Source of the DNA: a bacterium
Lineage (GTDB): Bacteria; Bacteroidota; Ignavibacteria; Kapaibacteriales; UBA2268
Reading direction: 5' to 3'
Assembly (NCBI GenBank): GCA_037127915.1
Contig: JBAXXL010000020.1
Location: 1,822-65,821 of the forward strand
DNA length: 64,000 nt
Shown: positions 49,278 through 58,917 of the stretch, in pieces
Numbering within the stretch: position 1 is the stretch's first letter
How the letters are laid out: the number at the start of each line of letters is the position of its first letter
The notes under the pieces: model-generated
What the model was told of the DNA's origin: nothing
The model's input: the letters and a program-made list of their open reading frames with translations, nothing else
Database searches by the model: none
Translations under genes and position numbers: made by a program

Positions 49278-49670
49278 CGATTTTAAATCGTTTCTCCCCC
49301 TTTTTCAGTACTAGGAAACTTTTATATTTATGCTTTTTCAAACATATTATCAAATATGATTGGAAAATTAGTGTATATTTCAAAATTTACAAATACTTGG
49401 AAGTTTCAACGAATTATTACAAACTTTATAAAATGAAGAATTACACAGAGTTGCACTGAGAAGACACAGAGTTACACAGAGAAAGAAACTCTGTGGTTCT
49501 CTGTGTAATTCCTCTGTGTGTCTCTGTGTAATATTTTTCATTTTTTAATAGGTCACCCAAATCAAAAATACTGACCTAATATAAATTGTGTTACGACGAC
49601 TAATTAAAAAAATGAGGAAAACAGGAAAGACGGCAAAATCATCGAATAGCGATTTTCAATCGTTTCTCAA
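49256..49670. mobile_element. MITE-like insertion or duplication of about 370 bp. It is bounded by 42-bp direct repeats that encode the overlapping 3' ends of lolD-like and PAP2 genes, and it contains a long imperfect CACAGAG-rich hairpin of about 115 bp at 49430-49545.
   Basis: The direct repeats are aagacggcaaaatcatcgaatagcgatttt(a/c)aatcgtttctc at 49256-49297 and 49629-49670. The internal arms (a)ttacacagag...ctctgtgtaat form an inverted repeat. No ORF lies inside. Confidence 0.55.
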
Positions 49671-50196
49671 ACAATTCCACAAGTATTAACCTTAGTATAA
49701 GAGCTATACAGGTTCCGACCATGGCGCCTGCTATAACGTCTGCCGGATAATGAACGCCGACGACAATCCGCGAAAGCGCAATCAGAGTAGCCGTCACAAA
49801 GTATACCCAAGGATTTTTCTTATAGAAGAACGATAAGACAAACGCGGCGGCGAAATTATTAGCCGCATGCGATGACGGGAAAGATTTACCCGGTCCACAA
49901 CTCACCAAAAGATTAATATGTTCTAAAGTTTGGCAAGGCCGCATTCTTCCAACAAGTTCTTTAATAACATGAGATGTAATCTGATCTGACAAGAGAATAG
50001 CCACAATCAAAGTAGCAAAAACGATTCTACCACGCTTGCCATCGAAGAATAATAACCACAAAGCAGAGAAAAGATACAGAATACTCCAGTTACTGGATTC
50101 AGTAAGCAGAGTAAAAAACTTACCGGTGACAGGGTTTGCCAATGTTACATTGACAAAATAAAACAGTTGAGTGTCTAAATTTAATAAAAAATCCAT
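49639..50196 (-). CDS. PAP2-superfamily phosphatase (undecaprenyl-diphosphatase / PgpB-like)
   Basis: PAP2 motifs KELVGRMRP (KX6RP), PSSHA (PSGH), and SRIVVGVHYPADV (SRX5HX3D). Several TM helices. Confidence 0.8.
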   Translation of the reverse strand: MDFLLNLDTQLFYFVNVTLANPVTGKFFTLLTESSNWSILYLFSALWLLFFDGKRGRIVFATLIVAILLSDQITSHVIKELVGRMRPCQTLEHINLLVSCGPGKSFPSSHAANNFAAAFVLSFFYKKNPWVYFVTATLIALSRIVVGVHYPADVIAGAMVGTCIALILRLILVELFEKRLKIAIR

Positions 50197-50261
50197 TGTT
50201 ATTTCAAATATTATTGTTAAATTTGTTATATAATTACAAAAATATAAAAAAAAGGTTAATT

Positions 50262-51002
50262 ATGGCACGTTCTACGTTCACAACCGGCAATTTTCTTTTG
50301 GGAGCCGCGATAGCTTGCGGACTAATAATATCGAGTTTGCTTGTAACGGATACTATCAAATACGTTAAGCGTTCGACACAAACAATCAACGTTAAAGGCT
50401 ATGCGGAAAAAACAATTAAATCAAATTTGGGTGTTTGGCAAATTGCTTTGAGTTCATTCTCAAGCGATAAATTAAGCGCATATCAAAATTTGGAAAGCGA
50501 TATTAATACCACTATGGAATATTTAAAAACGAAAGGTATTAATGGGAACGACATCAGAAAAGAAGCTGTTAATGCTTTCCCGAATTTCCGACTTAATGAA
50601 AACGGTAACCAGACAAATGAATTGTTGGGCTATACATTAAGTATGAATTTAGTGGTAACTTCAAAAAATGTGGATTTGATTGATAAACTTTCGCGAAGTT
50701 CCACGGAATTAATCAAGAAGGGTGTTAATTTCAATTCAATGAATCCGAGTTTTTATTATACGAAATTGGATGACCTGAAAATAAAAATGCTGATGATAGC
50801 CGCCAAAGATGCACGAATGCGCGCGGAGAAACTCGCCGAGAGCAACGATTGCAGAATTGACCGCCTAATAACAGCTCGTCAGGGAGTTTTCCAACTCACG
50901 TCGGAATATTCCTCGGAAACTTCGGATGATGGCTACTACGACCTCGGTTCGATAAATAAGACTATCAAGGCAGTTGTTACGATGGAATATACTTTTGATT
51001 AG
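50262..51002 (+). CDS. SIMPL/DUF541-like secreted protein (start at MARSTFTT preferred over the upstream Met at 50196)
   Basis: N-terminal TM/signal segment. The C-terminal block KMLMIAAKDARMRAEKLAESNDCRIDRLITARQG resembles the DUF541 family. Confidence 0.45.
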   Translation: MARSTFTTGNFLLGAAIACGLIISSLLVTDTIKYVKRSTQTINVKGYAEKTIKSNLGVWQIALSSFSSDKLSAYQNLESDINTTMEYLKTKGINGNDIRKEAVNAFPNFRLNENGNQTNELLGYTLSMNLVVTSKNVDLIDKLSRSSTELIKKGVNFNSMNPSFYYTKLDDLKIKMLMIAAKDARMRAEKLAESNDCRIDRLITARQGVFQLTSEYSSETSDDGYYDLGSINKTIKAVVTMEYTFD

Positions 51003-51035
51003 AAAAAAACACTCAACCCAATGCTAAAATATGTA

Positions 51036-51066
51036 GATGTGCCACACTTTGAAAGTGTGGCACATC
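51036..51066. terminator. Bidirectional hairpin terminator between convergent genes
   Basis: Perfect palindrome gatgtgccacact-ttgaa-agtgtggcacatc followed by ttagttatttg. Confidence 0.65.
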
Positions 51067-51077
51067 TTAGTTATTTG

Positions 51078-51722
51078 TTAATGTTTTTTAGAGTGCCTGT
51101 ATTTCTCTTGGATTTGTTTATGCAATGGATTAACAATTCTTTCCTCGAATAGTTTAAGTTGCTTTTTGTTTTCTGCAGAACTTAATGAAAAGTTAATTTC
51201 TTCGTCATTTTCTCGGGATTTATCCTTTGGATTAATGATAAGGTAAAAACCAATGGCTGATTGATTCTTTCTTGGAGTTTCAACTACTACAGTATATAAT
51301 ACCCTTTGTTTATCAGAGTAGTAGAAAAACATTGGAGCCATATACACGTTTTTATCATATTCTGAATTACCAAAAATAGGATCATCTATCAGTGGATTCA
51401 ATTCCGGATGAAGTTCTTTGAATTTCACAATTTCAGATAATAATTCTAATTTACTTACTTCAAACTTATAATATTCGATACTACTATATGAAATATGAGT
51501 AAAATTTGTTACAAATTTTACAAAAAAATATAAAAATATTATGATTACTAAAACAAGAATTATAATTTTATATTTTTTCTTAATCATTGTTTTTGATTTT
51601 CTTGGCAAATAGATTTTACCATTTCGATATAGTTGGAATTGCTCATTCCGATTAATGTCGTCTCCGTTCAATGAAGGCGAACCTTCTTGACTATCAAAAT
51701 TCTTGATTTTCGATTTTTTCAT
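51078..51722 (-). CDS. Hypothetical membrane-anchored protein (214 aa)
   Basis: Lys-rich N-terminus followed by a single TM helix (IIILVLVIIIFLYFFV). No recognised domain. Confidence 0.45.
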   Translation of the reverse strand: MKKSKIKNFDSQEGSPSLNGDDINRNEQFQLYRNGKIYLPRKSKTMIKKKYKIIILVLVIIIFLYFFVKFVTNFTHISYSSIEYYKFEVSKLELLSEIVKFKELHPELNPLIDDPIFGNSEYDKNVYMAPMFFYYSDKQRVLYTVVVETPRKNQSAIGFYLIINPKDKSRENDEEINFSLSSAENKKQLKLFEERIVNPLHKQIQEKYRHSKKH

Positions 51723-51811
51723 TCTTTATCTCACAAATTTGAGAAACTCAACAGAATTCTTATTCTAAATTAGGTAAAACATTTTTATTATCCAAATAAC
51801 CATGTTTATTT

Positions 51812-52040
51812 CACCCTTTCAGGGTTTGTTAGTCGTAAAACAATTTCCTTGCTACAAAAATTGCACCCGTTCCGGGTTGAAGAGCCGATTTCAGCATCTC
51901 AGGGTTTGTTAGTCGTAAAACAATTTCCTTGCTACAAAAATACCACCCGTTCCGGGTTAAAGAGCAGATTTAACCCTTTCAGGGTTTATTTGCCGCATAA
52001 AACAATCTCATTTTTCTATTCACGTTCAATCCTTTCAGGA
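51812..52040. repeat. Tandem direct repeat of about 75 bp x2, plus two degenerate units
   Basis: The unit c(c/t)ttcagggtttgttagtcgtaaaacaatttccttgctacaaaaat.ccacccgttccgggtt.aagagc.gatt occurs at 51813-51895 and 51896-51973. cctttcagg seeds recur at 51975 and 52031. Confidence 0.7.
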
Positions 52041-52287
52041 TTGGCGAAATCAATTACGAATTTCAAATTACGAATTACGAATGCGGACAGGTAACGAGGG
52101 TCCATACAAAAGAAGACACACGCAGTGCGTCTCCGCGTCTTTGCGGTGAATTCTTCTTTCTTTTTGCATCTCGACTTCGCTCGATGACCTACCTGTTCTT
52201 CCTATACCCTATACCCAAAACCCTATACCCATTTTGGAGGATGGATTACCGATTCGCGGAAAAGAAGACGTAGTATAAATGTATCAA

Positions 52288-52362
52288 GGAGATTCCGGCT
52301 CGGAGGCCGGAATGACGGATTTTTTTTGGGAGATTTCGGCTCGGAGGCTGGAATGACGAAAG
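52288..52362. repeat. Duplicated hairpin motif gagatt(c/t)cggctcggaggc(c/t)ggaatgacg, 2 copies, the first followed by T8
   Basis: attccggc-tcggag-gccggaat has an 8-bp stem. It lies 3' of the minus-strand gene 52365-54044 and reads as a plus-strand terminator. Confidence 0.5.
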
Positions 52363-52364
52363 GA

Positions 52365-54044
52365 TTATTTAGCAATCAACTTCACGTTATCTGTGTTCCA
52401 CCCTTTTTTAACAACAATGGGTTCCTTCAGATAATAACTTATTTCGGAAGGTTCGTAAGGCCAAGGTCTGCCGTTATCTATTTTTTGATTGCCATTGGTG
52501 TCGAAGAATACGATTGCTGTATAGGATTCCGGGATGACATTATCTATTTTCCAGTTACCTAATGAATCCGGCTTAATAGTGTATTCTTTTGTTTTAGTAC
52601 TGAGTTTGATAATCCAATTGCCGAATTTGTAATTATTAGTTTGAAGTGTACCGCTGACAGTTGAATAATCGGCTGGGTTAATAGTTTTGATAATAAATGT
52701 TTGCGCACTATCTTTCCCATAAGAGCCGTCAACTGACAATATCTTTTTCGGATTAAATTTGATAAAATACTCTGATGCTTGCTTTAAATCAATTGGAATG
52801 ATTTTAATAATGTTCGGGTATTCAGCTGTAGCTAATTTGTAGCTCTGCATAACTGAATCTTTCGCTGAATAAATAGATAACGAATTGCTAATTGAATCGA
52901 CTATAATTGGGTAATTGAATTCAAATGTTAATGTATCGTTTGGATTAATTACGTTGGCGGGTTCCGCTTGAGCGAATTTCTCAAGTTTTGGAACTAAAGC
53001 CATTTTTGGGGATATAGCTGTAAAATTTACTTTCCTTGTAGAATCGTTAATGAAATTTCCAGCTGAATCAATTAATACATTGCTGAAAATCGCCTGCCAC
53101 ATTTCATTAGTATCGAGAGCGGATTTAGTATAAATATAAAATTCATCAGGATTTTTCGGCGAATTAAAAAGGACAAAGTCTTTGTATTGCTTTGTTTTTT
53201 GCAAGTTTTCTATTGTAACAAGGTCTTGTTTGAACAGTCCTTTGGCAAACTTTTCCGATAATTGGATTTTATAAAGATTATTGCTCTGGGGTTCGAATGA
53301 ACTTATGCTTGGGCGAATAACATCAAATACACCTCCCATTCTCAAAACTGCGGTTGGTGCTTTTGCATTTTCTACTTTGTAATCTCTGCTCGCAGTTGAA
53401 AAACCGTCAGTATTAATATCATATATTCCATCTTTGAATTTGTCATCAATTGCGAATAAGCGATATTCTCCGTCTTTCAACGCATTAACAGTAAAATCTC
53501 CGCTTGAGCCGAGAGGGATTATGTAATCGGGTTTTGTATGAGTAATATTCAATGTATCGGCTTTTATGCCGGTAAGTTTATAAGCAAAAACATAAGAAGT
53601 AGTTGTCGGCATATAGACATTGCCGGTGATTTTGCCGGTATCAATTTTTGTTCCGCGCGAAAAAATAATAGCATAAGCCGCTTTGGGCTTATTGCCGACC
53701 ATATCGGTATATTCAGTTCCCAATGTTAATGTGTATGTGATAGCCGGATTAAGTTCGTCTTTCAAATACAAAAATAATTTTTTCCTTTTCCATTTTGAGT
53801 CGAATTCAATTTTTGGAGTAATATAGATATTTTGAATAACAGTCTGTTTATTTGTATATTCACTAAAATTAATTTGGAGTTTATTATCTTTAAATTCGGT
53901 AGTCTGGTTGACCGGATAAGATGATACGACGGTAGGAGGCTGAGTATCTTTTGGTCCGCCGGATGGATTGTCGATAACAGCACATGATGTAATTGCGCAA
54001 ATGATCAGGAAATAAACAAATTTCTTCATTTTTCTACGAATCAA
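52365..54044 (-). CDS. Lipoprotein with Ig-like/β-sandwich repeats (559 aa), function unknown
   Basis: Signal peptide with lipobox (LIICAITSC). Ser/Thr-rich β-strand-like repeats. No catalytic motif. Confidence 0.55.
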   Translation of the reverse strand: MIRRKMKKFVYFLIICAITSCAVIDNPSGGPKDTQPPTVVSSYPVNQTTEFKDNKLQINFSEYTNKQTVIQNIYITPKIEFDSKWKRKKLFLYLKDELNPAITYTLTLGTEYTDMVGNKPKAAYAIIFSRGTKIDTGKITGNVYMPTTTSYVFAYKLTGIKADTLNITHTKPDYIIPLGSSGDFTVNALKDGEYRLFAIDDKFKDGIYDINTDGFSTASRDYKVENAKAPTAVLRMGGVFDVIRPSISSFEPQSNNLYKIQLSEKFAKGLFKQDLVTIENLQKTKQYKDFVLFNSPKNPDEFYIYTKSALDTNEMWQAIFSNVLIDSAGNFINDSTRKVNFTAISPKMALVPKLEKFAQAEPANVINPNDTLTFEFNYPIIVDSISNSLSIYSAKDSVMQSYKLATAEYPNIIKIIPIDLKQASEYFIKFNPKKILSVDGSYGKDSAQTFIIKTINPADYSTVSGTLQTNNYKFGNWIIKLSTKTKEYTIKPDSLGNWKIDNVIPESYTAIVFFDTNGNQKIDNGRPWPYEPSEISYYLKEPIVVKKGWNTDNVKLIAK

Positions 54045-54046
54045 TA

Positions 54047-54075
54047 TAATAAAAAGGCCGCTTACGTAAGCGGCC
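54047..54075 (-). terminator. Terminator downstream of tRNA-fMet
   Basis: Perfect 20-bp palindrome ggccgcttacgtaagcggcc followed by tttttatt on the minus strand. Confidence 0.7.
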
Positions 54076-54087
54076 GGTTATTTTTTG

Positions 54088-54160
<73 letters not shown>

Positions 54161-54261
54161 AAATTATAATTCAAAATTACGAAATTTTTAGCAAATAAAC
54201 AAATTTTCGGAATAAATTTCTTATTTTTGCTTGAACAATATTTGGCAATAGAGGTGAATAT

Positions 54262-56466
54262 ATGAAGATTTCGTTACGAAAAGGTATTCTTTCCTTATCA
54301 ATCATATCGACAGTACTAACTGCCGCTATAATTATACTACTCACAATGTTTTTTCAAAGCAGAATAATTAATTTGGCTGAAAGTGAAGTAGATAAATTGA
54401 CAAAGAAAAGCATCAAGCAATTAAGTTGTGATTTATATGATATGTGCGCTTCTATTGATGAAGCTTCATCTTTAAAACTCAATTCAGCATTAAGATTATA
54501 TCAGGATAAAGTCAGTAAATTAGGAGCGTATTCTATCAATCCTAATTTAACAAATACTGTTAATGCGAGGGACCATTTCGGCGAAGAAATGGGGACAAAA
54601 GCAATTCCATCTCTGACGCTGAATGGAGTTCCATTTACTCCGCTAACCGCGATGAGCCAAAAAACAGGTTTAGTGGATGATCTGCAATCAATCTTTCCGA
54701 CTACTAAATTTTCTGTTTATGAAAGATTGAATTCAGATGGAGATATGATTTGCGTTAGCTCAAATTTAGAGCATAAAAAAGGTGAGCGTGCTGTAGGAAC
54801 TATGATTACAGCAATTAAAAAAAGCGGCAAAGCAAGTAAAATAATTATAAATATCTTAGCAAAAAAGGAATATCATAATGTCTCGAGTTTCTTCAATGAA
54901 ATGTACATTTCATTATATGTTCCAATAAAGAACTATAATGGCGATGTAATCGGTATGCTTCATATCGGCGATCCACTAAAGTCATATACAAGACTTCAGA
55001 ATATGATTGATGATATTACGGTCGGTGAAACCGGATATGCTATTTTGATAAGCGGTGACCCATTTACACCCGGCTTGGGTGTTGTATCGAAAGGTGGAAA
55101 AGCAAATGGCAAAAACCTCTGGAGTGTTCGTAATTCGCAGGGTGTTTATCCCGTTCGAAATGGAATAAAAAATTCGAGAGCATTAGCCCAAACTTCTGAG
55201 GATAGTGTTTATATAGAGAAATATAATTGGGTTGACCCATCAGGTAAGGAATATCAAAAGGCGGCTTATAATATATACTATACACCTTGGGAAGTGATGA
55301 GTTCAGTGACATTCTATGAATATGAAATGAAGCAGGCAAAAGAATTGATAATAGGGCAATTCAATAATCTAACATATTGGTCGTTAGGAGTTTCACTGGT
55401 TTTAGTTCTTGTTTTAGTATTTCTTGCTATTATTTTTACAAGGACTTTAGTAAAGCCAATTAACCATATAAAAGATTTAGCTATTATGATGGCGGATGGA
55501 AACATAGCCGAAGTCAATCTCCAACTCAAGGAAATTGAGCACGATGAATCGAAAATTGACTACCGGAACGAAATTCAGACTTTGGAATTTTCGTTCAGCA
55601 AAATGATAAACAATCTTAGTAAATTAATATATCAAGTTCATAAAAGCGGGATTGAGGTTAGCAGTTCTACTGCTCAAATCTCAGCCTCGGCTCGTGAATT
55701 GGAAGCGGCTGTAGCAGAAAATGCGGCGTCGACAAAAGAAGTTTCAGCAACGAGTAAGGTGATTGCCGATTCGAGTGAGAAATTGGCTCAACGGGCGGAA
55801 GGAATTTCGGATGAGATTTCCGGTACTGTTGAATTAGCGCGCGGAGGGCAGGACAATTTGCAATTGATGAACAATGCTATGACTTCGATCGTTAGAGCGG
55901 CAGGTTCAATCTCAACAAATCTAAATAATATAAATAAAAAAGCAAATGATATATCGGGTATAATTAAAACTATAGATAAAATTTCGGATAATACTACTTT
56001 GCTATCACTTAATGCGGCGATTCAAGCTGAAAAAGCCGGTGACCAAGGTAAAGGATTTTCGGTAATTGCCCGTAAGATAAATGAATTGGCAGACCAAACC
56101 AATATAGCAACCAAGGATATCGAATTTATGGTTAAGCAGATGCAAAGTTCTGTTGCCGCAGGTGTGATGGAAATGGATAAATTTGGTAAAGAAGTGCAGA
56201 AAAATAGCGACGATATTTTCAATTTAGGGAATCACTTAGCTGAAATAATCAATAGAATTGGCGGGATATTACCGATAATTGTCGATCTGAAAGAGAATAT
56301 GCACTATCAAGCTAATGATGCTAACCAGATAAGCGAAGCTATTGAACAGCTCGATACTGCATCAAGGCAGACGAAGGAAGCACTACAGGAATTCAATAAA
56401 GTTGCTGAAAAGTTAAATCAATCAGCACAAGGTTTGCATAAAGAAGTTTCGGTATTTAAAGTTTAG
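54262..56466 (+). CDS. Methyl-accepting chemotaxis protein with a periplasmic Cache-like sensor, HAMP, and MA domain (WspA-like position)
   Basis: Two TM segments flank a periplasmic domain of about 330 aa. Conserved MCP signalling hairpin (TTLLSLNAAIQAEKAGDQGKGFSVIA). Confidence 0.85.
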   Translation: MKISLRKGILSLSIISTVLTAAIIILLTMFFQSRIINLAESEVDKLTKKSIKQLSCDLYDMCASIDEASSLKLNSALRLYQDKVSKLGAYSINPNLTNTVNARDHFGEEMGTKAIPSLTLNGVPFTPLTAMSQKTGLVDDLQSIFPTTKFSVYERLNSDGDMICVSSNLEHKKGERAVGTMITAIKKSGKASKIIINILAKKEYHNVSSFFNEMYISLYVPIKNYNGDVIGMLHIGDPLKSYTRLQNMIDDITVGETGYAILISGDPFTPGLGVVSKGGKANGKNLWSVRNSQGVYPVRNGIKNSRALAQTSEDSVYIEKYNWVDPSGKEYQKAAYNIYYTPWEVMSSVTFYEYEMKQAKELIIGQFNNLTYWSLGVSLVLVLVLVFLAIIFTRTLVKPINHIKDLAIMMADGNIAEVNLQLKEIEHDESKIDYRNEIQTLEFSFSKMINNLSKLIYQVHKSGIEVSSSTAQISASARELEAAVAENAASTKEVSATSKVIADSSEKLAQRAEGISDEISGTVELARGGQDNLQLMNNAMTSIVRAAGSISTNLNNINKKANDISGIIKTIDKISDNTTLLSLNAAIQAEKAGDQGKGFSVIARKINELADQTNIATKDIEFMVKQMQSSVAAGVMEMDKFGKEVQKNSDDIFNLGNHLAEIINRIGGILPIIVDLKENMHYQANDANQISEAIEQLDTASRQTKEALQEFNKVAEKLNQSAQGLHKEVSVFKV

Positions 56467-56483
56467 TCAATTTCTATAAAAAT

Positions 56484-56966
56484 TTGGTTTTGCTAATGTT
56501 AGTAGTATTATTCGATATAGATGGTCAGAAATTCGGTATTGACTCCCAATATATAAAGGAGGTTATTCCGTATGTACAATCTAATCCGGTGCTTTATGCA
56601 CCGCCTTATATTATTGGTGAAATAATATATCAAGAAGAAGCCATTCCATTAATAGATTTGAATATGCTTTTTTCCGGCAACCCTGCTGATGAATACTTTA
56701 GCTCTAGAATAGCAATTCTAAGATTGTTACATGAGCCGCAAGGTTTGAAAATAGCCCTATTAGCAAATAAAATGACTAAGACTGTAAATTGTGAGGATAA
56801 TGAATTTGTTCATAATAATCTTGGTTCATATGAGGATTCTCTGTTCATAAATGTATTTAGAAAAGATGGGCTAAGAATTCAGATGACGGAAGTTGAAAAA
56901 TTACTGCATAAAAAAGACTATATTGAATTACTGAATAAAATTTATGAAAATAAACCGGTTGCCTAG
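56484..56966 (+). CDS. CheW-like coupling protein (the start may be ATG 56496 rather than TTG 56484)
   Basis: LFDIDGQKFGID...IGEIIYQEEAIPLIDL is a CheW domain. Confidence 0.8.
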   Translation: MVLLMLVVLFDIDGQKFGIDSQYIKEVIPYVQSNPVLYAPPYIIGEIIYQEEAIPLIDLNMLFSGNPADEYFSSRIAILRLLHEPQGLKIALLANKMTKTVNCEDNEFVHNNLGSYEDSLFINVFRKDGLRIQMTEVEKLLHKKDYIELLNKIYENKPVA

Positions 56967-58181
56967 ATGCCATACAATTATGAAGAAATCAAAGAATTAA
57001 CCGCAAAGAACTTTGGAATTTCCACGAGTTCTTTGGGGGAATCTTTTGTAAAGGATTCTTTGGATAAATATTTAAGTAAGATTGATGAGCAAGACTCAAC
57101 CGGAAAAATCACTACTTCGGAAAAGTTTTTGGACGATTTCTTCGAATATATCAAAGTTCCTGAAACTTGGTTTTTCAGACAGCCGGAATCATTCGAATGT
57201 TTAAAAACTACTGTGCTGAAGAAGCTTCAGACCAAAGACGATAAAATCCGCATTCTCTCGATTCCTTGCTCTACCGGCGAAGAGCCGTATTCTATAGCGA
57301 TGACTTTGGAATCAGCAGGAATAAACAAAGAGCGCTATACATTGGATGCCGCGGAGTTATCGGCAGTATCAATACTCAAAGCAAAAGAAGCTGTTTATGG
57401 TAAAAATTCATTCCGCCAAACACTTTCGAAGTCTGACCACGAGTTTTTCCAAAAAGAAGGACAATTGAATCGTGTTCGCGAGGACATTCGTGCGATTCCG
57501 AATTTTATTATCGGAAATTTACTACAGGCCAATTTTTTGAAAGGTGTAGAGAAGTACGATATAATTTTCTGCCGCAATTTGTTGATTTATTTCACCGATT
57601 CAGCGCGTAAAGCCGCAATTAATAAAATCAAAGAATTACTTGTGGACGATGGATTAGTTTTTACCGGATATTCAGAATTTGTATTCTTTTTACAAAATGG
57701 CTTTCACGATTTGGAGCAGAAATTGAGTTTTGCTTGTCATTTGGAAGATATAAAGAGGAAACCTGAAATTATCCCTCCTAAGAAAAAACCTAACTTTCAG
57801 AAGCCAATCTTAAGACCAACTGAACAAAGTAAAATCAAAAAAACTGAAGTTTTACCAAAGGAAGACGGCGCAGATAAATCTTGGGAATTGGAGTTTTTGG
57901 CAAATGCCGGTGATTTGGAGGAAGCTAAGATATTGGCACAAAAAGTAATAGATGGTGATTCCGCAAATTCAAGAGAGTTGACAATTTGCGGAGCGGTTTT
58001 TTCAGCTTGCAATATGAATCCTGAAGCAATTACTTGCTTAGAACGCGCAATATACCTAAACCCCAACGAAGATGATGCTTTAATTCACCTTGCTTTGATA
58101 TATGAGGATGCAGGTAAAAAGGAGCAAGCGGAATTACTAAAAAAGAGGATTCGGAAAATAAATGCAAAGGAGGCTCTGTAA
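56967..58181 (+). CDS. CheR-type MCP methyltransferase with a C-terminal TPR region (WspC-like)
   Basis: CheR N-terminal and SAM-binding regions (WFFRQPESF, RILSIPCSTGEEPYSIAM, IIFCRNLLIYF). TPR-like C-terminus. Confidence 0.85.
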   Translation: MPYNYEEIKELTAKNFGISTSSLGESFVKDSLDKYLSKIDEQDSTGKITTSEKFLDDFFEYIKVPETWFFRQPESFECLKTTVLKKLQTKDDKIRILSIPCSTGEEPYSIAMTLESAGINKERYTLDAAELSAVSILKAKEAVYGKNSFRQTLSKSDHEFFQKEGQLNRVREDIRAIPNFIIGNLLQANFLKGVEKYDIIFCRNLLIYFTDSARKAAINKIKELLVDDGLVFTGYSEFVFFLQNGFHDLEQKLSFACHLEDIKRKPEIIPPKKKPNFQKPILRPTEQSKIKKTEVLPKEDGADKSWELEFLANAGDLEEAKILAQKVIDGDSANSRELTICGAVFSACNMNPEAITCLERAIYLNPNEDDALIHLALIYEDAGKKEQAELLKKRIRKINAKEAL

Positions 58182-58917
58182 GCAAATGGAAGAAACATAT
58201 TTAAATAGCCACAAAGAACTTTTGGATAGAGAATTTACACCCGAATTACAGGAAATTTGGAGTGCGGAAGTTGCCGAAAAAGTTACCAATATTGAATTGA
58301 AAACCCTATCCTTTGTTGTGTTTAAACTTGGAGGTGAATGGTTCGGTTTAGATGTGGATTGCTTTAGAGATGTAGTTTCACCTCGCTTGGTCCATAGCAT
58401 TCCAGGACGAAAAACCGAATTTTTAGAAGGGGTGGTAAATATAGAGGGTGAATTGATGATGAAGGTGAACCCAAATAGTATATTGGGTTTGACGCAGAAT
58501 CCCGAATCCGCAAAGATTGGAAAATTTATGTTATTAGAGCACGAAGGTGATAGCTTTGTTATTAAAGCCGATGAGTTTGCCGGAGTGGAAAAATTAAGTA
58601 GTAATCAGATTGTAAAAGCACCGGCATTGAATAATATTGAGTTTCACCAAGCGATTTCAGAACTAACCAAAACGCATATTGAATACACCGATATTCACGA
58701 GCAATTTGCTGTAAATAAAAGTGCTGAGAGTGAAGAAACAAATGCTGAAGTAGAAAAAAACACAGTGATATTGGGAATATATAAAAGACAGCAAAATCTT
58801 CAAAATAAGCTGACAATTGAAGAAACGGATGCTGATCTTACAGTTAGTGAAATGACAATCGGTATAATTTGGGAACGAAGATTTTTTGAATTGTTAAAAT
58901 CAAATTTTAAATGGTAA
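58162..58917 (+). CDS. Second CheW-like protein (WspD-like position)
   Basis: LSFVVFKLGGEWFGLDVDCFRDVV...EGVVNIEGELMMKVN is a CheW domain with a C-terminal extension. Confidence 0.75.
   Translation: MQRRLCKQMEETYLNSHKELLDREFTPELQEIWSAEVAEKVTNIELKTLSFVVFKLGGEWFGLDVDCFRDVVSPRLVHSIPGRKTEFLEGVVNIEGELMMKVNPNSILGLTQNPESAKIGKFMLLEHEGDSFVIKADEFAGVEKLSSNQIVKAPALNNIEFHQAISELTKTHIEYTDIHEQFAVNKSAESEETNAEVEKNTVILGIYKRQQNLQNKLTIEETDADLTVSEMTIGIIWERRFFELLKSNFKW

Noticed and set aside
50196-50261. Upstream start for the SIMPL-like gene (MLFQILLLNLLYNYKNIKKRLI)
   Set aside because: The Met at 50262 is preceded by an aaaggttaat motif and begins a typical signal or TM segment. The extension is AT-rich promoter-like sequence abutting the divergent PAP2 gene start.
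51812-52040. Possible CRISPR array
   Set aside because: The repeat units are about 75 bp and directly abut with no unique spacers. The copies are degenerate and no cas genes are nearby. Classified as a tandem minisatellite instead.
52205-52235. ccctatacc x3 micro-repeat and attacgaa x3 (52055-52080)
   Set aside because: Very short, low-complexity repeats in a noncoding gap. They are noted but too small to assign a function.
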